Below, piece by piece: positions 53,331-64,000 of a stretch of DNA of 64,000 bases. Position numbers and translations under genes: made by a program. The stretch is from contig MU054212.1 in assembly GCA_013239625.1 (NCBI GenBank), positions 7,414,270 through 7,478,269 on the forward strand, written 5' to 3'. Source of the DNA: Lama guanicoe (taxonomy: Eukaryota). Under the pieces are notes generated by a model. That model was not told the origin of the DNA. It made no database searches and was given only the letters and a program-made list of their open reading frames with translations. Position 1 is the first letter of the stretch. The number at the start of each line of letters is the position of its first letter.

Positions 53331-56300
53331 AGATTAGATATCATAATTACTAAGGAGGGTATTTTAGGATGTAACTGAAAAGAAATACTATAATAAAGAA
53401 CTTAGGGGGTGGTATGAAAGTAGGTTGGGGGATGGTAGATGGCATCTACCAAAGAGAGGGCAAACAATGTTATAAACAGCAGGTGGGAAATTCAAACAAA
53501 AATGTGTTTGCTGATTAGCATCAATTAATTTAACTGGTCACAAAGAGAGAAACCTGCACATCCGTACCCATGATGCATGAAGAACAGTGTGAAAAACAGT
53601 GGATGCACAGGTATAAAGTTTTTAATCAAGATCTTGTATGAAGGGGTAGGTACAGTTTCAATCAAATTTTTAGTTTAAAGAAGCACTTGAATTCTTTTTT
53701 TAAATAATAGCTGTTTGCTAAAGAATGAACAGCAAGTGTCACTGTAGCTTTTGCAACGCCTACGATACGAGGAAAGCTGCGAACTGAAAACGAATTCTGA
53801 TCTCTCTCCGTTAATCTGCATTAGACAAGAAGCAAAGGATGTGATAAAATTCCTTCAAAAAATGAACTATTTCCTAAATATTAAATACTGATTTTCTAAT
53901 GAAAGAACTGTGAAATCAGAAGGTCAGATATCGAAATTACAGAGGAGGGTATTACAGGATGTAATTAAAAAGAAACACTATGACAAAAGAATGTAGAAGA
54001 TAGCAGGAAAGTATGGATGTTTCCATAATTAGATTATTGACACATTTGTTTTTAAATTTTTATCTCTTTTCCTCCCAAAATAGATCTCAGAGACACCAAG
54101 GAAATATGTACACTTAAACGAATGAAACAAAAAGATAATTGGGACCTTATGAAGATTTGGGCTCTGAACTTCTCGACAGGCACAAAAGTGAACATACTAA
54201 TTTACAATCATCCTGATGATGAGAAAACATAAAAGTGCTCTATTTGTGCAAGAGAAACACATTTTTTTCATTACATTCTAAAACAGGGCTCTGAAATGAG
54301 ATCATTTATAGTGGACATTAAGTAGCCTAATGGACAACGTCCCTGGTAAACTTTTACAAAAAATAGCCTGAGACTTAATTCTTCAAACAGTCAATTACAT
54401 AATATTAAAAAGCAAGTAAATAGGTAATTTTTTTTCAAGAAGCTGAGTTTATTAAATTCAAATATCTTAGCTACTTGATGTAACTTGGTACAGCGGCAAA
54501 ATACGAGATATAGGAGGAAAGATGGACTGGAAGTCTCTTAAACTATCGCCCCTAAATATTCTCATTTGAGTTTTATAAAAGTACATCTAAATGTATGCAG
54601 TATGGTAAAAGAGTCTCTAAATAATGCAAATTCAGAAAAATAAAAAGAAAAATCATATCACATGATACAGATAACACTCAGGTATGAGCCAACCCCACCT
54701 TGTTCATAAAGCTTTGCTTTTATGATCCTATTACAGGTGCTCTTGAATTTAACGTCAGGACACCCTGGAGAAATATCTCTCTTTTCTGGAACAATCAACA
54801 AATACTCTTCAGAAAATTAGCTGAAGTAATTTGAGAGTCGACACTGCACAATGGGATCAATAACAATTCGATGTATTTGTCTAAGGATTAATAGAATGGC
54901 TGCTTAACTCACAGCGTTCTTCAAGTCTAATGAACACTAAGACAGTACTCTGTATCAAACTTATTAGATTTATTTTTCATGAAACATACCCTTTATTTTC
55001 AACACTGAAGATTTTATGATTTGAGATGATTGGGAACAGAGAATTGGTCAATCTAACCTGTGGGTCTTGATAATTCCAATGAAATAAGAATGCTTAACAT
55101 TCTAATATTTGCATGCACTCAATGAAGCCAACACAAAGCATCTGTGTTGTAAACTCTTTAGGGATATTGCAGAATAATTAAATATACATAGATTTTGTAT
55201 TAACAATAGGAGAAAACTAGTCAAAGTGAATGCCAAGATTCTCAAGTATAGCACTAATATAAGTTGTGATAAACCACTTCTATGAGAACATCTCTTTGAA
55301 TTCTTAATCAAAATCAGCAGAAAACATATAATTCAATATTTTGTGTTTTGTTTTGCTTACAGGGTCTGTTGGCTTAGGGACCCTAAGTAACTGGACGAGC
55401 TAAGCTTGCTGAATGCCATTTTCATCTTACAATACAGAGTCCCCTATCAAATAATCCTACAATTTGCAATAATGTACAAAATTAAAAACTTCATTAGGTT
55501 GCCTGGTTGACATACTAGGTATTGCAAAATAATCTGCATGTAAAAATAATCGTATATTAAAAATGACACATTTTCTCCATGTCTACTTAGAGCAAACACA
55601 AGAAAAGAATTTTCAATGTTATCTAACATTAAAATTTAAAATTACAAGGGCAAAAATATGAATGCAAAATACTTAGTTGTAATTACTATCTGCCCTAGTC
55701 ATGCCTTTTTCTATCTGTTCTAAAAAAGGATGAGTGTTCAAAATGATGACACGCTCCATGACAATGATACATAAGCCAATCAAAATTGCACGTGTTAACT
55801 AGGTGGTGAATTTAATTATTATTTCCAGTAGTACATTAATGTATTTTTTAAAAGGGGGCTAAACTGCAAATCAGTATTCATCCATGCTGTTCATTAACAT
55901 TTATTTACATTAGGCTTTGTATTATTACTTAAGCATTTCACTTCCCACAACTTGTAACCTCAACAAATCATGATGATCAGGGAACACGTTAAATTTTCCT
56001 AATAAGTCAGGCATCTCTTATAGTTCTCATTACTTTGTACGACGTCATGTACATTACACATATAATGAATAAATGAGTAAGAAGATGAACAAGTGAAAAT
56101 TTTTAAAAATTAAATACAGCAGCATTTCTTTCCAGCATTATTTCCTTCAAGATTAGTGCATGAACCTACTTGATTTTGTATTATGTTAACTTTTTGTCTT
56201 TCTCTATAAATAGCACAAGGTTTACAACAAATATATGTCCATATTTGGCAAATAAATGCAACTAATTAAAAAATGGCGATTATCTCAAATAGACCTTAGA

Positions 56301-56959
56301 GAAATTCAGAATTCTATATGACAATGATTTTTTTCCTTAAAGAATGATTAGTACAAAAAATTATACCATGGAAAATAAGATAAATTTTACTGTAGGAAAA
56401 GAATCTCTAAATAACATAAAAAGATTAAAAAGAAATAGTAGTGCCAGATGCTGGTAGAATAAAAACTTTGATATATGGCATTATTATCCTTATTGTTACT
56501 GAAAGGCAAAAATATATACTGTGCATTGTGCACTAAATGAGACATATTTAGTCTCAGATGGAATTTTACATCAAATGCCAATTTGATGATGAACCAGATG
56601 TCAAAGCCCGGATTCTAGGCTTTTATTCCTGGTTAGATATCCTTTTTATCTGTCATTTTTCTCCTATTGAGTAAGTGATAATAATTTTAAAATAATTCAG
56701 TAATGAGGGAAAGAGCTATATGTTATTCAAGCCATCTGTCCTTCTCTCTTATGCCATATATGACCTCAGCTGTCATAATTTAACTTGATTGGGCATAGTT
56801 ATACCATTTTATTTTTAAATGACTTAGGCACCACCAACTCCAGCTTTAATACACTTACTCTGAGAAGTGAGGACTTAAATGCGGTGTTCTGTGATTCTAT
56901 AAAACACTCATTCTAGATAGCTATTTTTCAGATGATGGATTAAGTAATACTTGGTGGAT

Positions 56960-57200
56960 TATGTTTTCAGAGTTAAGACTTACTGAGTGGTTACTGTGTG
57001 TCAGAAATGGCTTGTTGAGCTTTACGTGTGACACCTTGTATAATTCTCTCCTCTATAAATTAGAAGCTGTTCTCACTTCTGGGGGAGGGACCTGAGCACA
57101 AGAAGTGGAAGTAACCTTCCCGGGTCACACAGTTACAAAGTGGTGAAACCATAACTTGGGACCAAGATCCCTGGGTCTTGAGCCTTGCGCTAGTGACCAT
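56960..57200 (-). mobile_element. MIR SINE
   Basis: cttactgagtggttactgtgtgtcag...aagtaaccttcccgggtcacacagttacaaagtgg. Confidence 0.65.
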
Positions 57201-58235
57201 CTGGGCAGACCCTCTGTATAAGAAACAGTCATTTCTCTTTTGTAGAAAAATTGATACTGGAGGATTTATTACTTGTCATTCATTTCATTTGTATCTGAAG
57301 TTATTTCTCATATACGACACACTCTGAAGCCTCTCCTTTATTTATCTACACCAACTCCTGCTCCATCACACCTAATAAATTAGAGGCACTCATGACAAAC
57401 ACTCACAGCCTTGGCTTTTACGGAGCCTTCTCAAAAGTAGAAATGAAACAGTTTCAGAACATTCCTAATACATGTTCACTCACATAAATAAAAATAGAAA
57501 GAAATGAAAAACGTTCTCTGTAAAAACTGCTTCTAGGTGTAACAATCCGATCAAGGTGAGAGAGAAGAAAGTTCAAAAACCATTGATACCTCATTTCCAC
57601 CCAAAATTAATCTAACACCAGCGCAGTATCATCCATCTATAAAGCCCAGAGGATTATAAAAGCTCATGTTAATTATCCACAAGCACATAAATACACCGAG
57701 TGCCCAAAAGCCTTATTTTTCACAGAAGGATTTCATTCCCGATCTTTATTTTCGTGACCTGCTATTTGTTTAACTGTTGGTATGAAAACAGTATTACTTA
57801 AAGAGATCCACTCATTTCTTTTTGTTCCAGAGAAATCCATTATCACGTGCCATCTAAAGCAACCACTGGTGTCTCAGTTCAAGACACGACACACCTTAGA
57901 TCTGCGTCAGTCGTGACAGAAAGAAAACACACATGAATGAGACGCTGGGTCTCTCTGGTGTCCTCTCATCCCCCTCATTGCCTACGACACGGCGCCGTGT
58001 GGGCCTGCGAGCACTGGTCTCAAGAGGTATTCCTTATTCAATCAACAAAGGGGATAAATACTTCAGGGAGATGAAAAGGAGGGGAAAAAAAAAAACAAAC
58101 AAGGAAACGAAACCCCCTTGGACCTGACATTATGGACAAAATTAAAAAGACACTAAGATGGAAAAAAAAATCGTGTCATGGTTTACATGTGGGGTTTTGA
58201 TGGAATCTAGGGCTGTGTTTTAATTCAGAACTCAC

Positions 58236-58427
58236 CATCTCAAAACCACTTCTTTTCATCCGCCTGCAGGACTTGAGGTAAGTACGTATGCGTTTTCGGG
58301 CACGCTCTTGATACTCAGGGAATTGTCGCCTGCATGAGTCAATGATAGCCTGGATCTTTTCTTTGGGCTGCTTAGAGATTGGGACCATTCGGTCCAAGTT
58401 TTCATCTACAAACAGCCTGACAAACAT
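58236..58427 (-). CDS. NOL4: NOL4 internal coding exon, 192 nt, phase 0/0, conserved helical/basic region ([64 protein letters not shown]); probably exon 8
   Basis: Acceptor ctccctcttgccaacag|ATG and donor ATG|gtgagt; 64 codons. The peptide is the hallmark NOL4/NOL4L conserved block and includes a basic NLS-like stretch. Confidence 0.97.
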
Positions 58428-58616
58428 CTGTTGGCAAGAGGGAGACAGAGGAGAAGGGTTTGGAGGGCTGCTCTCTGCTGTTCCTAACTTCCTGTCTTGA
58501 CTACCGATAGGAAAATATTCTTTTCTGGTTTATGCACTGGAGAACTTTGCAATGGAAAGCCAGAAATTTTAAGCAAACACCCTTTAAAGGCTTTCTAAAT
58601 GGTTGGATTAAAAAAC

Positions 58617-58665
58617 TGAGAGAGAAAGAGAGAGAAAGAGGCAGACAGACAGACAGACAGACAGA
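58617..58665. repeat. (GA)n-(GACA)n compound microsatellite in the short NOL4 intron
   Basis: gagagagaaagagagagaaagaggcagacagacagacagacagacaga. Confidence 0.9.
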
Positions 58666-59150
58666 AAAGTCTAGACTATCGCGTAGAAAAAAATCGAGAA
58701 ATAACAGTAGACTGCGACAATTAAGCACCCCATAAAATCCTCTATTAATAATAAATATGACTGTTACATGGCTACACTGCGCAGTCTATAATCTCTGGAA
58801 ACAATTGACTCTTTTGTCATGCATAATTAGGTAATCCGGGATAGCGAAGGAGGGGTAACGGATGACAGGCAGACTCTTCGGAGGGATAAACTGAGGCTCC
58901 CTTCATCCGCAGTGTAAACATGCATACTCACACAACACAACTCCAGTTTTCAGCTCACATTTGGCTTTAAAATTCTAAACAAAACACAGCAATTCTGGTG
59001 TCTGATTGGCAAAGAGTGTTTCATGTACTTTTTAAATCCTTCTGCAAATTAAACAAACGTGTCTCTAAAATATCCACGTTTACCAACAAGCGACAACATG
59101 AAAGTGGAGTGGTGAAAATTCAGCCACACGGGGAGGGTGGCAGGACTCAC

Positions 59151-59330
59151 ATTAAAAGCTTTCAGCCGCTCGGCCTCAACGCCGTCGGTCTCGTTAACTT
59201 TCTCAGGGTCCTCGTGGTCGTCGTGGTCGTCTTCATCCTCATCCCCCCTGTTCAGAGACAGGTCCTCGGCCATCCGGTCTACACTCTCATTTTTGCCAGA
59301 GTCGTAGCTTGAATAGCTATGCGCAGGGGA
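59151..59330 (-). CDS. NOL4: NOL4 internal coding exon, 180 nt, phase 0/0, acidic region (SPAHSYSSYDSGKNESVDRMAEDLSLNRGDEDEDDHDDHEDPEKVNETDGVEAERLKAFN); probably exon 7
   Basis: Acceptor ccctttcttttcag|TCC and donor AAT|gtgagt; 60 open codons inside ORF 59049..59402. The exon number is recalled from the human gene. Confidence 0.95.
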
Positions 59331-59470
59331 CTGAAAAGAAAGGGGGAGATCGCTGCTTTGAAATTCCTTGCACAAGCTGAGCCACTTCGCTTTGTTTTTC
59401 ATTCTACTTGTGTCTCAAAAAATCTGGTTTCAATGAGTTGATAATGCCAGAGTTGTGGCCCTTTTACTGT

Positions 59471-59578
59471 AAATGAAAATTAATTAAAATTAAATCAAAT
59501 TAAAAATTCATTTCCTCAGTCACACCAGTCACATTTCAAGTGCTCAATAGCCACCTAGAACATTTCCATCACTGTAGA
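59471..59578 (-). mobile_element. MER3-like fragment
   Basis: aaaattcatttcctcagtcacaccagtcacatttcaagtgctcaatagccac...agaacatttccatcac is the reverse complement of the MER3 core. Confidence 0.75.
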
Positions 59579-61464
59579 TTCATTGAATTCAGCTTTTCAA
59601 GAGCAATTACTGTTTCCATTCAATATACATATTCCAAAAAAAAAAAAACAAAACCCAACCTGTAATCAGTTTTGCAAAAGAATCACTGAATCCCATGTTC
59701 TTTGAAATAGAAATGAGCTCAGAACTTAGTCAAACTACACTAGTATCCTTGAAACAGACAAGGAAACTGAGGGGTAGATGATTTGCCCAATAAGAACTAT
59801 ACAAAATATTCGTCCTACAAGTGCTATTTATAAGACAACATGCCTTAAAATCAGTTTATAATTTGTCTATGAGTCTTCAAATGGTATCTGATTTTAGTTT
59901 AGGAAAAAAGAACTGGTTTCCTCTTAATCATTGGTCAAGCTTGGTGCTTCGTGATGTGTAAAAGGTGACGAATGCCAACTGAGACAATTTTCACGAACTT
60001 TGGTAACTGTGTCCAAGATCAATGGGTCCTGCTGTGGTGTCTCTTACTTCTTTGTTAGCCCAGCACTAGTTTCATTCAGAATGAGCCCCTGCTTCTGCTT
60101 CACCAAGTGGAAGTACCGATCCTGTGGGAACCGGAGGATTTCTACCCTCAGCTTCACCTCTATGAGAAGAAAGCTTGCCCGTAACCAAAATCAAGTTGAA
60201 TCCAGCAGAGCTAAGCAGAATAAAAACAGTCCTGATAACATCACTGGAGTGTCCAGATTCAACTGTGCCTGAAATGAACCCGTGGACCCTTCGCTGTGTG
60301 GGATACTACATCCTCTCCGTCCCCCTTCTCCTTTATACTTCTGCTTAAATCTGAGGTTTGGTCATTTGCAGCTGAGCCTGGAGTGGTACAGAAATCCATC
60401 ATTAACAAGGTCAAATTAATGACCCAAATTTCATACATGTTGACTCAGAGACATAGGCGGCCCCAGCTAAACAGTAATATTTCTGTGAATAACACCGGCT
60501 ATCCTCAAATCTTTCAACAAAATCAAATGCTTTGGAAAGACCTTTAAATGGGAAATTTTAAATCAGCAGTGTTCAAAAATGCCTCTGTGCAATGATAACA
60601 CATGCGATGCCTGCTTTAAGGACTGTACTAATATAATATTCCTGTAATAAGCAGAATAGGGCTAACAAAAACTAGAGTAGATCACTGACATTAAAGATGA
60701 AGTTACAATTTACAGTTCAAATCACCAACAAGATGGGATTACCTAATAAAATACAAGGCAGATATTCCACAGGTTTGAAAAACATATCATATATACTTTT
60801 TAAAAGGCAATGTGCAATGTTTTTAAAATGTTATGATACACTTATCTGAATGCAAATGTGCTGGGCTAGTTTATTCTTTCTAGACATGACATGAGACACA
60901 CAAGCCAGCTGTCTGCTACAAACACCACCACTTGGAAATATGGAGTATTACTAATATGGTTACTCAAGGTAAAGAAAAACTCCATCATAGATCTGAGAGT
61001 ATTCAGGATCTAAATCTAGAGCATGAGCAATGTTTGTTTTTTTTCTTCTACAATATAAACCAAAATTTTTATAACTCTGAATTCTGTTTTCTTAGATGGA
61101 GTATCATTTCTAGCCTAGTATCATGTCTCACCGTTGAAGATCAAATTAGCTTTTAAGGCCAAACCGATTAAGTTCAATTTCCCCAAAGATTCCCACCTCC
61201 ACCTCAGTCTACTTCAATCTCTCCCTCTGCTGCAAACTCTTAATATGCACTGGCATTTGACATAGCATTAAACACCACCACTGCCATCTGCTTCTCTTTT
61301 CATGTTAACATGCATTTGCCTTCAAGCTAGACCGAAATACGAATCAAACCATAGCCTTCTGCCTTTTTCCTCACAGCATCCAAGGAGGGTTCTCTACAGA
61401 GTAGGCATTGAAGACTACAGTTTTCCCTTTTCTACAAGGTATTTGGTCTTAATAAATGGGAGAA

Positions 61465-61730
61465 TGAAGATAAGCCACAGACTGAAAGAAAATATCTGCA
61501 AAAGATGCATCTATTAAAGGACAGTTACCCACAAAATAGAAAGTTGTATGTAAGTCAACAGTAAGAAGACAAACAGTCTGATTAAAATATGGGCCAGAGA
61601 CCTTAAGAGACACCTCACCTAAGAAGATACACAGATAGCAGACAGGCATATGAAAAGACGCTCCCCAGGACATGTTACTGGGGAAATGCAAATTAAAACA
61701 AAAGTGGGGCACCATTAAACAGCTATTAAA
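61465..61730 (+). mobile_element. L1 ORF2 3' fragment (plus strand)
   Basis: agccacagactgaaagaaaatatctgca...aagaagatacacagatagcagacaggcatatgaaaaga...gggaaatgcaaattaaaac. Confidence 0.85.
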
Positions 61731-62270
61731 ATGGGTTTATTTCTGGGCTCTCTAATCTGTTCCATTGATCTATGTGTGTTTTTACGCAAATACCGTATTG
61801 TTTTGATTACGATAGCCTTGTAAGATAATCGGAAAGCAGGACGTAAGATGCCTCCAGCGTTCCTCTTCTTTCTCAAGATTGCTTTGGTTTTGTGGTTCCA
61901 TAAATTTTTTAGAATTGTTTTTCTTATTTCTGTGAAAAATTCCATTGGAATTTTGATAGGGATTGCATTGAATCCATACATTGCTTAGGGTAATATGGAC
62001 ATTTTAACAGTATTAATTCTTCCAGTCCATGAGCACATATCTTTCCATTCATTTGTGTCTTCAACTTCTTTCATCAATGTCTCCTAGTTTTTAGTGCACA
62101 AGCATTTCACCTCCTTGGTTAAATTTATTCATGAGTATCTTATTCTTTTTGATACAATTGTAAATGGACTGTTTTCTTAATTTCTCTTTCTGATAGTTCA
62201 TCATTGATGTGTACAAATGCAATAGATTTCTGTCTGTTGATTGTGTATCTTTCAACTTCACTGAATTCAG
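61731..62270 (-). mobile_element. L1 ORF2 internal fragment (minus strand)
   Basis: ORF 61715..61981 [24 protein letters not shown]...[12 protein letters not shown]...[10 protein letters not shown] is classic post-RT L1 ORF2. Confidence 0.9.
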
Positions 62271-62279
62271 TTGTTTTTT

Positions 62280-63250
62280 AAAATATCAGTTATTGATTAC
62301 TGAATCTACCAGGAAATCTTAACATCATTAAAAGTGTGATGACCAGATACTGTGTGCTTTCTGATGTGATGCAAAATGAAGCATACAGCATAAATTAAGA
62401 AGTAAGCTCATGAAAAAACAAAAAAAAAAGAATTTGAATCTAATCAAACTTTAGTCTAGATATTGTGGTTCTCAAAGTGTTCTAGTCAGATCGGCAGTAA
62501 GTGCATCTCTTGGGAACTTAGAAATGTACATTATCGGTCCCCATTCCAGACCACCTGAATCAGACAGTTCGGGGACCCATAATCTGTGTTTTAACATACC
62601 TTCCAGGGGATTCTGATGCAGCGCAAGTTTGAGAACCACTAGTCTGAAGCTAATTTCCATTTATAGGAAATAAGGCAGATAAAATAACAACTTAAAAGAC
62701 ATCAGGGAAAGCAGACAGATGAATCTAAAACATGAGACATTGTACAGGACAACTGACTTTGTTTCAGGCAATATGTTATTGACACAGGAAAAAAATGTGA
62801 CATATTAGAAGAGATTTACAAAGATTTATTAAACTGAAATGTGTTTGCCTTGCTTGTATCATGATTCAAATAAAAACCAATGCAAAAAGCTAATTTTGAG
62901 AAAATTGGGAATATCTGACTTACAGATGAGAGTATAAACTGATAACACTGAATTCTTATTAATTTTGTTAGATGTAACGACCTAACATTTGGTTAATTAA
63001 ATATTTACGTAAGAAAATGTCCACATTTGTTGGAGGCACATATTGAGGTATGAAGGGATGAAATGATGTGGATACCTAGAATTTGCTTTCAAATATTGCA
63101 GGAAAAAAAAGAAAAAAATGAAAAAGTAAAAAACATGGCAAGTCTGGGGAATTGCTATTGAATTTGAATGATGGGTATAGTTCCATGTATTATATTCTCT
63201 ATTTTTAAATACATTTTAAACTTTCAAAATGAATTTTAAAATGTATATAT
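62280..63250 (+). mobile_element. Ancient L1 3' end (L1MC/ME-like), interrupted by MER5A
   Basis: ctgatgtgatgcaaaatgaagcatacagcat, gacattgtacaggacaactgac and gaatttgctttcaaat...tgatgggtatag...tatattctctattttt. Confidence 0.6.
62463..62641 (+). mobile_element. MER5A hAT-Charlie MITE
   Basis: Inverted termini gtggttctcaaagt ... agtttgagaaccact; internal ccagaccacctgaatcaga and aatctgtgttttaaca...ggattctgatgca. Confidence 0.9.
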
Positions 63251-63359
63251 TTTATAATTAATTTATCTCCTCCACTTTGAATTTTTACAGGACAGTCATT
63301 TATTCAAGAACATTTAAAGAAGCATTACTTAATACTTAGAGCATTGTTTTAGGCTCATA

Positions 63360-64000
63360 GGATTGAATAGATACAAGTTTTTTGAGGTCTGAAAATTATA
63401 AAATCTGCAGAAAGAGAGTGTATTTGAAAACTTAGAAAAGTGAAGATTTACTTAAAATGAGAAAAATCACAATAAATTATAAAATCCAAAAAGCAAATGC
63501 TACAAACCACAGAAAATGCAGAAAAATAATATTTTTAAAAATAAGTAACTCCCTGCCGCAACTCTAAGACTGTTTCTTGCCACATTTCTTGGCTGCATGC
63601 TCTGCAAACACTTCTTCACATGACAATGACTTTGTATTATCATATTTTATAGAGAGACTAGAAAAATAATTCAGTCTTTAGCGTATCTGATGGAAATGTG
63701 TCTCTTTTTGTTGGCAGTTTAGAAACGTTTCTATGTTCTCCAAATTAAATATTGCTAATATCATGCAAATTGTTACATTGCTTTCAGTTGGGAAAACTCT
63801 CAATCAAGTTCCTTTCATATTTGGGCATCTTAAGTTTTCCTGGAAAGTGACTGACGTCTTCATTAAAGTGACATTTATGAGTTTTATGTCTTCTTCATTG
63901 ATATTAGTATTTTCTGTCAAATCCAATATGAAATTTAAATCTTTTCCCAATGTGTTACTATAATCCATTTCTCTTCATTAACTGTGTTTTTCTTCCTTCC
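63360..64000. mobile_element. Possible ancient DNA-transposon remnant (hAT-like)
   Basis: The sequence style resembles decayed hAT-Tip100 internal sequence; no terminus confirmed. Confidence 0.25.

Larger units (their letters stand above)
1..64000 (-). other. NOL4: NOL4 transcription unit, partial: 4 internal coding exons plus introns; the gene extends beyond both window ends
   Basis: Four minus-strand exons splice in frame to SPAHSYSS...[20 protein letters not shown]...[12 protein letters not shown]...RQQ|DESAPADK...DASSS(G), which matches mammalian NOL4 as I recall it. Intron lengths in the window are 723, 13367 and 32770 nt. The terminal exon (PTDLSMKRQ...) and upstream exons were not found in the window. 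Confidence 0.95.

Noticed and set aside
58176..58427. Stand-alone 83-aa gene starting at MFVRL
   Set aside because: The ATG is simply the first codon of an internal exon after an AG acceptor, and the last 19 codons are intronic beyond the gtgagt donor.
58998..59312. Plus-strand 104-aa ORF with a poly-Val stretch
   Set aside because: It is the antisense shadow of the Asp/Glu-rich NOL4 exon.
1..64000. CRISPR array, operon, prophage or other prokaryotic system
   Set aside because: The sequence is clearly mammalian intron/exon DNA, with no regularly spaced repeat-spacer structure and no long ORFs.

Overview
This is AT-rich mammalian genomic DNA that lies entirely within a minus-strand gene recognisable as NOL4 (nucleolar protein 4). 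Four coding exons with canonical AG/GT boundaries are present, in transcript order 59330-59151, 58427-58236, 44868-44755 and 11984-11804. They splice in frame into 222 aa of the C-terminal half of NOL4. The 114-nt exon is missing from the ORF track. The upstream exons and the terminal coding exon lie outside the window. The rest is intron: L1, L2 and CR1 LINE fragments, MIRs, MaLR/ERVL LTRs, hAT MITEs, microsatellites and two tRNA-derived SINEs of a type that suggests a camelid. Almost all other ORFs in the track are chance ORFs or TE debris. I see no prokaryotic-type system, RNA gene or CRISPR array. The most interesting observations concern NOL4 splicing and non-coding structure: (1) a stronger-looking alternative acceptor 88 nt upstream of the penultimate exon that would introduce a premature stop; (2) a CpG-rich, multiply self-complementary element with two UGCAUG motifs in the short 723-nt intron; (3) a perfect 23-bp inverted repeat pair about 1 kb apart with TA termini; (4) a candidate cryptic exon in the last intron. 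Repeat family names come from recalled consensus sequences, not from a search.
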